The notes beneath the pieces were generated by a model. The model saw only the letters and a program-made list of their open reading frames with translations. It was not told where the DNA came from and did not search any database. Below, one piece after another: positions 26,171 to 32,000 of a DNA stretch of 32,000 bases; within the stretch, counting starts at the first letter, position 1; every line of letters begins with the position of its first letter. The DNA comes from Acaryochloris thomasi RCC1774 (lineage in GTDB: Bacteria > Cyanobacteriota > Cyanobacteriia > Thermosynechococcales > Thermosynechococcaceae), in assembly GCF_003231495.1 (NCBI RefSeq), contig NZ_PQWO01000009.1, positions 30,001-62,000 on the forward strand, in the 5' to 3' direction. Both the position numbers and the translations under genes were made by a program.

Positions 26171-29071
26171 CTATTTGGTTTCCATCCAGTTTTTCCCTTC
26201 ATGAACGTCGGCAATCAAAGGAATGCTCAAGGGGAGGGCGGTTTCCATGGTAGTTTTGATTTGCGATCGCACCTCCTCCACTTCCTCTGGCGGTACCTCT
26301 AGGACCAGTTCATCATGTACCTGCATCAAGAGCTGAGCCTGGAACGGCTTCAATACCTCATGGAGCTGCACCATCGCCACCTTAATCAAATCGGCACTGG
26401 ATCCTTGGATGGGAGCATTGGCTGCAGCTCGAAGAAGCCCGCGATCGTAGTGGCTCATTTTGACCTGACTCAGATCAAGATTGGTAATTTCAGAGACGGG
26501 CTTGCCCTGATGCTTGGTCAGACTGCGGCTGTCGAAGTTAAAATAACGCCGCCGACCAAGAATGGTCTCGACGTAGCCCTTGGCAACGGCTTCTCGCTCC
26601 ATGCGCTGCAGGTAGTCAAACACCCCCGGATAGCGATCGTAAAACTTCTGAATAAACTCCTTGGCCTCTGCCCACTTCACCCCTGCTTCGCGGGCAAACC
26701 GCTGTGGCCCCATGCCGTAAATAACGCCAAAGTTAATGATTTTTGCCAGCCGCCGTTCCTCAGACGAAATCTCTTCTTTCTCCAGCAATAGCTTTGCAGT
26801 GAGCGTATGAACGTCTTGCCCCTGGCGATAGGCATCAACGAGGCGCGGCTCTTGACTCAAATGCGCTAAAATCCTCAGCTCGATCTGAGAATAGTCTGCC
26901 GCCATCAAAATCCAGCCCGGTTCTGGTACAAATGCCGCGCGAATTTGACGACTGAACTCTGTACGAATCGGAATATTTTGTAGATTTGGATTAGATGACG
27001 ATAAGCGTCCGGTGGCCGTCACTGCCTGGTTGAAGTCAGTATGGACCCGCTGCGTATCTTCCCGTACGAGAGCTGGTAGGGCATCAACATAGGTTGACTT
27101 TAGCTTTGCCAACGTTCGGTAAGACAGCAACACCTCAATTAAAGGATGATCGCCCTTGAGCTTCTCTAGGGTGGCGGCATCTGTCGAATAGCCCAGCTTT
27201 GTTTTGCGGGACTTCTTCACGTCTAGCTCTAGCTTGGTGAACAGGATTTCACTCAACTGCTTTGGAGACCCTAGATTAAAGATCTCCCCCGCCATCTCAT
27301 AGGCTTGCGTCTCTAGCTGCTGTAGCTCGGTCCCCAACTGCTCGGATAAAGATTGCAAATATTCCTGATTAATCTTGACCCCTGCCGTTTCCATATCCGC
27401 TAGCACAGCCTCTAGCGGCAACTCAACTTCCATCAAGAGTTGATACAGCTCGGGTATGGCATCTAGCTCAGCCCCAAGCTTCTCACTCAACTGCAGGGTT
27501 GTGTAAACATCCAGTCCACAGTACTCCGCCACATTAGAGATGGGCAGATCCGCGATTGTTTGGCCCTTTTTGACAATTTCTTTATAGCTTTGGGCAACCA
27601 CCTGCAGGTAATTGCGGGACAAGTCCGTCAGATTATGGTTCTGCTCAGGGTTAATGACGTAGCTCGCCAGCATTGTATCGAAAGTGACCCCTGCCAGCGC
27701 AATGCCTTGATGCCGAAGGACGAGGCGATCAAACTTGGCATTTTGCAGCACCTTTGGATGATTTTCGCTTTCAAGAACAGGCCGCAGCGCTTCTAGAGCC
27801 GTCGATTTTTCTAGGTTTTGCCCTTCAACGTGGCTGATGGGGATATATGCGATTTCCTTTGGATCATCCTGCCAGCAGCAGCCAATCCCCACCAGCTCCG
27901 CATCTCGAGGCGAGAGGCTATTTGTCTCTGTGTCCCACGCTACGGGTGTTTTGCATTTCTGCAGCCTTTGTACCAGTGCCGTCAGCTTTTCTGTCGTATC
28001 AATAATCTGGGGAAAAATAACGGGTTCTACCGGTGTTTGAGCCACAGCGGTTTCTTCTGCGCTGAAGAACCAAGTATCGGGGTCGCTATCGATTTCAGAT
28101 TTAATTGGAGTGTCCTTACCCCCGAACTGCTGTAGAAGATCGTTGATCTGACTGAGGAAAGACTGAAACTCTAGCTTCTCTAGGACGGGAACGATCGCAG
28201 TTCGCTCGAACCCCTGTAGCTTGCAGTCTGCGGGCTTGATCTCTAGCGGCACCTCTAGGGCAATCTGGGCCATGAATTGAGAGTGATAGGCCGATTCCTT
28301 CCCTTCGATCAGCTTCTTTTGCACGGCTCCCTTGACCTGATCGACGGCAGCATAAATTTTGTCCAGTGTCTCGTACTCGCTAATTAGCTTGACGGCAGTT
28401 TTGTGGCCGATGCCTTTAACGCCCGGAATATTATCAGAGGAGTCTCCACAGAGGGCTTTGTAATCGACGACCTGCTGGGGAGTGACCTCTAACTTTTTGA
28501 TCACTTCTTCAGGGCCAAATTCGTTGGGGGCCGCGCCGCTGCGGGCGGCTGGACTGAAAATGTTGCTGAGGTAGAGAACCGTGACCCGATGATCATCGTC
28601 AACGAGCTGGAATAAGTCGCGATCGCCGCTTAAAATCTTGACTCTAAAACCCGCTTCTCTCCCCTGGGTTGCCAGCGTACCAATCACGTCGTCAGCTTCA
28701 TAGCCGGGAGCGACGACAATGGGTAAATTCATCGCCGTCAGCAACTCCTGCAGGTTTTCTAAATCTGGGATGAAGTCTTCAGGCGTTTCAGATCGACCGG
28801 CCTTGTAGGTATCATCGGCTTCATGGCGAAATGTGGGACCACCCAAATCAAAGGCGACTGCCAGATACTCAGGCTTTTGCGTCTTGAGAATTTCTAAAAT
28901 GTTTTTCAGGAATCCGAAGCAAACGCTGGTGGGAATGCCTGTGGAGGTTCGTAGCCCCCCTTCGCGCCCTTTGGAAAAAGCATAGTAGGCCCGGAAGGCC
29001 AAGGAATGACCATCGATCAGAATAAAGGTGGATTCAGCGCTAGAGGTCGAAGGAGATGTGGTTGCTGACAC
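26171..29071 (-). CDS. polA: DNA polymerase I
   Basis: 966 aa. The 5'-3' exonuclease domain has ILIDGHSLAFRAYYA and LSGDRDLFQL. The 3'-5' exonuclease domain has VAWDTETNSL. The polymerase motifs are A (ADYSQIELRILAH), B (RRLAKIINFGVIYG) and C (LMQVHDELVLE). GTG start. Confidence 0.96.
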   Translation of the reverse strand: MSATTSPSTSSAESTFILIDGHSLAFRAYYAFSKGREGGLRTSTGIPTSVCFGFLKNILEILKTQKPEYLAVAFDLGGPTFRHEADDTYKAGRSETPEDFIPDLENLQELLTAMNLPIVVAPGYEADDVIGTLATQGREAGFRVKILSGDRDLFQLVDDDHRVTVLYLSNIFSPAARSGAAPNEFGPEEVIKKLEVTPQQVVDYKALCGDSSDNIPGVKGIGHKTAVKLISEYETLDKIYAAVDQVKGAVQKKLIEGKESAYHSQFMAQIALEVPLEIKPADCKLQGFERTAIVPVLEKLEFQSFLSQINDLLQQFGGKDTPIKSEIDSDPDTWFFSAEETAVAQTPVEPVIFPQIIDTTEKLTALVQRLQKCKTPVAWDTETNSLSPRDAELVGIGCCWQDDPKEIAYIPISHVEGQNLEKSTALEALRPVLESENHPKVLQNAKFDRLVLRHQGIALAGVTFDTMLASYVINPEQNHNLTDLSRNYLQVVAQSYKEIVKKGQTIADLPISNVAEYCGLDVYTTLQLSEKLGAELDAIPELYQLLMEVELPLEAVLADMETAGVKINQEYLQSLSEQLGTELQQLETQAYEMAGEIFNLGSPKQLSEILFTKLELDVKKSRKTKLGYSTDAATLEKLKGDHPLIEVLLSYRTLAKLKSTYVDALPALVREDTQRVHTDFNQAVTATGRLSSSNPNLQNIPIRTEFSRQIRAAFVPEPGWILMAADYSQIELRILAHLSQEPRLVDAYRQGQDVHTLTAKLLLEKEEISSEERRLAKIINFGVIYGMGPQRFAREAGVKWAEAKEFIQKFYDRYPGVFDYLQRMEREAVAKGYVETILGRRRYFNFDSRSLTKHQGKPVSEITNLDLSQVKMSHYDRGLLRAAANAPIQGSSADLIKVAMVQLHEVLKPFQAQLLMQVHDELVLEVPPEEVEEVRSQIKTTMETALPLSIPLIADVHEGKNWMETK

Positions 29072-29231
29072 TGATGTATTCCCTATCAGTCATGGATGTT
29101 GTCAGCATAGCGGGTTTATTGAATCTCTTGAATGAGGTCTCTGAATTGAATGCAAGAGCGGGACTTAGAATTCTAGCTATTCAACCCCTTGCCTTGTGGC
29201 AGCCGAAAATAAGTCAACATCTTGTCAAGAA

Positions 29232-30236
29232 TTAATGGCTCATCAATTGGTGAACTGCTTGTTTAATAAACGCCTCATCCTCAGGGTTTTGATAGGGATT
29301 TCCAGCCCGGTGCCCCCAAATTGATGGGATTGGGCAATATTGACTGTTGGGGATAAGTTGGGCTTCTGCTTGACAGTCTTCGGTTGTGAAGTACAAATCG
29401 GTTGTGGCAGGCATCACCAGCGTTTGCGCTGAGATAGATGCCATTGCTTGAACATAGTCACCGTGGTGGATGGGATTATCACTGACGTTACAGTGCAGCC
29501 AAGTTTCAATCATGGCTAATAAGTTGTGCGGATCGCGTTTACGATAGCCTGCTTCCCAGCTCTGCAATAGATAGTCTTCCAAAGAGCTGTAGCCCCAATC
29601 TAGATAAGGCTTAGCTCGATAATAAGCCTGCGATGCAGCCCAACTTGCATAGATCTGAGTAAAGGTGTGAAATCCGCGTTCTGGTATACCCTCAAACCGT
29701 TCACCATTCCAGGCTGGATCGGTTTTGAGAGCGGCCCTGAGGCTGTAGAGAAAAACACGATTGTGGTCAGTGGTTCTTGCCGTTCCACACAGCGCTGCAA
29801 TCCGCTGCACTCGCTCAGGATAAATGGCTCCCCAGTGATACCCTTGCTGTGCACCCATTGACCAGCCGTAGATCAGTGCCAACTGCTCAATACCAAGACT
29901 TTTTAACAGTTCAGACTGTGCGCAAATATTGTCGTAGTGGGTGAAGTAAAATCCCGGTTTTTTCGCTGCTTCGCAGTTACTGGGCGACGTAGAGAGACCA
30001 TTGCCAAACATATTAGGCATGATCACGAACCAGTCCGTCGGGTCTAAAATACCCTCAGGTCGGACCAACCAATCTACATCTTTATGCTGCGCCCCATAGG
30101 ATGTTGGATAAAGAATGGCGTTGGAGTGCTCTGCGTTCAGCTCTCCATAGGTTTGATAGACGAGCTGCGCTTCTGGTAGCACAGTCCCACACTGCAGCGA
30201 AAAGTCTCTGATCGAAAAAAGCTTCGCGTCACCCAT
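29232..30236 (-). CDS. alpha/beta hydrolase, homoserine O-acetyltransferase (MetX)-like family
   Basis: 334 aa. The MetX-like N-terminal pattern is F.L..G..L....L.Y.TYG.LN....NAIL. The nucleophile elbow is GWSMGAQQ and a C-terminal His is present (IWGHRAG). The start lies 23 nt after the desaturase stop, so the two genes are probably co-transcribed. Confidence 0.78.
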   Translation of the reverse strand: MGDAKLFSIRDFSLQCGTVLPEAQLVYQTYGELNAEHSNAILYPTSYGAQHKDVDWLVRPEGILDPTDWFVIMPNMFGNGLSTSPSNCEAAKKPGFYFTHYDNICAQSELLKSLGIEQLALIYGWSMGAQQGYHWGAIYPERVQRIAALCGTARTTDHNRVFLYSLRAALKTDPAWNGERFEGIPERGFHTFTQIYASWAASQAYYRAKPYLDWGYSSLEDYLLQSWEAGYRKRDPHNLLAMIETWLHCNVSDNPIHHGDYVQAMASISAQTLVMPATTDLYFTTEDCQAEAQLIPNSQYCPIPSIWGHRAGNPYQNPEDEAFIKQAVHQLMSH

Positions 30237-30251
30237 TACCCATTACCCATT
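30231..30251. repeat. perfect 3x tandem heptamer ACCCATT (minus strand AATGGGT) containing the hydrolase start codon
   Basis: Read directly: ACCCATT ACCCATT ACCCATT at 30231-37, 30238-44 and 30245-51. Each copy carries an ATG on the minus strand. Confidence 0.95.
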
Positions 30252-30259
30252 CGTCAGCT

Positions 30260-31216
30260 TTACTTGAATGCTGCAACTATCTTTTGATTGACGTTCAAGT
30301 AGCCTGGTTCAATATGGGCAAAGTGCGTTTTTAACTGCTGGTGTGCTTTCGGTAGCCTGTGAAAGGGAATGGAGGGGTACAGGTGGTGCTCTGTGTGATA
30401 AGACATGTTCCACATTAGGAGCTGGAGCGGCGATAGGGTTAGGGTTGTGCGGGTGTTGGTGAGGGGATTGTCATCACTGCTGCAGCCTGTATGCTCGGCA
30501 AGGAGAATGAAGCGGAGAAAGGGTTGGCCTACGGCTAATGGCAGAAGCCAGTATTTTGCTAGGAACCAAGGATGACCAAGGGTGGTTGAGATAAGTGCGA
30601 TCGCAACCCCTATACCCAACTGTAGCCGAGTGGAGCGAATCACCTCTGCATGGGTTGCTTCAGGCAAAAAGTAACAATTATCCAGTTGCCCGAACGCTGT
30701 TTTAAGATGACCGACAATCTTCCCTTGCCACCAAGGAATCCCACTGAGCTGCCATAGGTATTGCAATACATTTTCAGGTTCTAGATCACCCAACTCAGGA
30801 TCTTTGCCTGCAATCCGGGTGTAGCGATGGTGCCACTTGTGATAGCGCCGATAGAAGGTGCTGTTGTAGAACGATAGCAGACCTGCAAACCAAGCCGCTC
30901 CGTCATTGAGCTTAGCGTTGGCGAAAGCTGTCCGATGCGCACATTCGTGCATCGCGCAAAACATGAACGCTAGGCTGATGCCGTACAGGAAAAGAGACGG
31001 TAGGGCTAGCCAAGTAGAGCCAGTTCCCCACAGATAACCGCTAAGACCAATGATGGCTAAGTGGGCCGTTAGCCTCACGCTACCTTCGAGGTTAGAGCGC
31101 TCATTCAATGCCGCAAGGTCGCGGGTCGCTAAAATCTGACGGGGATTCGCAACAGGAACTGCCGCTGGGCTGGGGGGCTGGAAAACTTCAGAGACCATTG
31201 TTTTTGCAGTTTGCAT
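30260..31216 (-). CDS. membrane fatty-acid desaturase/hydroxylase superfamily protein (three His boxes)
   Basis: 318 aa. The His boxes are HECAHR, HKWHHRY and HTEHHLYP, with hydrophobic segments between them. Substrate unknown. Confidence 0.85.
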   Translation of the reverse strand: MQTAKTMVSEVFQPPSPAAVPVANPRQILATRDLAALNERSNLEGSVRLTAHLAIIGLSGYLWGTGSTWLALPSLFLYGISLAFMFCAMHECAHRTAFANAKLNDGAAWFAGLLSFYNSTFYRRYHKWHHRYTRIAGKDPELGDLEPENVLQYLWQLSGIPWWQGKIVGHLKTAFGQLDNCYFLPEATHAEVIRSTRLQLGIGVAIALISTTLGHPWFLAKYWLLPLAVGQPFLRFILLAEHTGCSSDDNPLTNTRTTLTLSPLQLLMWNMSYHTEHHLYPSIPFHRLPKAHQQLKTHFAHIEPGYLNVNQKIVAAFK

Positions 31217-31241
31217 AGAGGTGAACTGATGCTAGCAAAGA

Positions 31242-31256
31242 TGACCTAGTAGGTCA
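31242..31256. promoter_or_regulatory. candidate operator: perfect 15-bp palindrome TGACCTA-G-TAGGTCA
   Basis: It sits 25 nt upstream of the desaturase ATG and 93 nt upstream of the divergent GntR/HutC gene. A second inverted repeat, GTATG-CGAC-CATAC, lies at 31308-31321. No binding data exist. Confidence 0.35.
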
Positions 31257-31349
31257 CTTGTTATGACAAGTTGAATCTAGCATGCTCTTGCAATGTCTAG
31301 CAAGGTGGTATGCGACCATACAAGAGCTTGAGCGGTTCACCAAATTTCT

Positions 31350-32000
31350 ATGTCCATTCCCCTGCATATCGCGATCTCTGAAAAACTTCGTCACCAAATC
31401 GAGGCAGGTGACTATCTGCCTGGGGAGAAATTGCCCAGTGAGCATCAGTTGATGGAGACTTTTCACGTCAGCCGAATTACCGTTAGACAGGCTATTGCTA
31501 ACCTCGTCAATCAGGGATTGGTGAAGGCGCAGCGAGGCAAAGGCGTTTTTGTCACGCCTCAGCAGAAAGTGGCCTATTCACTGTCGAGTCCTCTGGTTTT
31601 TATGGAGCAGGATCTAGCAGATGATGGCATACAACTGACGTTCAAAAGTTTGACCTTCCGTAAGGTGCGTCCTTCTAATCAAGTCCGAGAAGTTTTACAG
31701 CTCAGTCCTCAGGCCAGTGTTTATCTGCAGAAAAAGTTGTTGCGAATGGATGGGGCTGTCGGGGCCATTGACGTCAGCTATATTCTGCCTGAGTTAGGCC
31801 AGAAATTGGCTCCTCAGCTAAAGAAGAAAATGACCTTTCCTACTTTAGAAGAGAACGGTATCTCCATTGAGCGTGTCGATGCTCTGATCGAATGCACCCA
31901 TGCTGATTACGAAATGAGCGAACACCTTGAGGTTCCCCTCGGACAGCCGCTGATTGTTTATCGATATACTGCTTGTTGCGATCGCAACAAGCCCATTCTG
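31350..32000 (+). CDS. GntR-family transcriptional regulator, HutC subfamily (wHTH + UTRA), 3' end beyond window
   Basis: Not in the ORF track because it has no in-window stop. The ATG at 31350 is preceded by an in-frame TGA at 31329. It translates as MSIPLHIAISEKLRHQIEAGDYLPGEKLPSEHQLMETFHVSRITVRQAIANLVNQGLVKAQRGKGVFV, the canonical GntR wHTH. A UTRA-like effector domain follows. 217 codons are open to the window end. Confidence 0.85.
   Translation, partial: MSIPLHIAISEKLRHQIEAGDYLPGEKLPSEHQLMETFHVSRITVRQAIANLVNQGLVKAQRGKGVFVTPQQKVAYSLSSPLVFMEQDLADDGIQLTFKSLTFRKVRPSNQVREVLQLSPQASVYLQKKLLRMDGAVGAIDVSYILPELGQKLAPQLKKKMTFPTLEENGISIERVDALIECTHADYEMSEHLEVPLGQPLIVYRYTACCDRNKPIL

Noticed and set aside
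26315-26791. 158-aa + strand ORF (and 27560-28135 ORFs) inside polA
   Set aside because: These are antisense shadows of an unambiguous DNA polymerase I gene.
31254-31466. 70-aa minus-strand ORF between the desaturase gene and the window end
   Set aside because: It overlaps the start of the clearly recognisable + strand GntR/HutC gene and the intergenic palindromes. It has no SD and no motif.
1-32000. Screened the whole window for CRISPR arrays, transposases or integrases, phage genes, toxin-antitoxin pairs, reverse transcriptases, and nuclease or helicase defence modules
   Set aside because: I found no regularly spaced direct repeats longer than 20 nt and no DDE, tyrosine- or serine-recombinase, RT or known defence-domain signatures in any ORF. 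The window reads as core chromosome with a few lineage-specific inserts.

Overview
This 32-kb segment looks like cyanobacterial chromosome. It carries 14 perfect HIP1 octamers (GCGATCGC), a BicA-type SulP transporter, a Calvin-cycle class II FBP aldolase, DUF2808- and DUF4168-like proteins, and short dispersed 'GEG/PSP' repeats. I can support about 27 protein-coding genes (two cut by the window edges), one tRNA-Lys(UUU), two good and two weak hairpin terminators, one MITE-like palindromic repeat cluster and one tandem heptamer. The housekeeping backbone is polA, fbaA, gltD, clpS, mgtE, a bicA-like gene and tRNA-Lys. Between these lie lineage-specific secreted low-complexity proteins and signal-transduction genes. 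I saw no CRISPR array, transposase, integrase, phage gene or recognisable defence or toxin-antitoxin module, and I cannot demonstrate a coherent multi-gene novel system. The best candidates for undescribed biology are: (i) a signal-peptide-bearing, histatin-like His/Lys/Phe-rich mini-protein tightly followed by a PF10014-type 2OG-Fe(II) dioxygenase and a secreted FAD-like/TPR fusion (1.3-5.1 kb). (ii) A small protein built from five exact 19-residue 'LPNNRPI' repeats just upstream of bicA (9.0-9.4 kb). (iii) Two exported polyanionic Pro/Glu/Asp/Ser proteins with no basic residues, beside an OmpR/HK pair (18.9-22.7 kb). (iv) A membrane desaturase plus MetX-like alpha/beta-hydrolase operon, divergent from a HutC/GntR regulator, with a perfect 15-bp palindrome between them (29.2-32.0 kb). 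(v) A histidine kinase that keeps the H-box but has lost all ATP-binding boxes and carries two pseudo-receiver domains. All family assignments come from reading motifs in the translations by eye. No searches were run.
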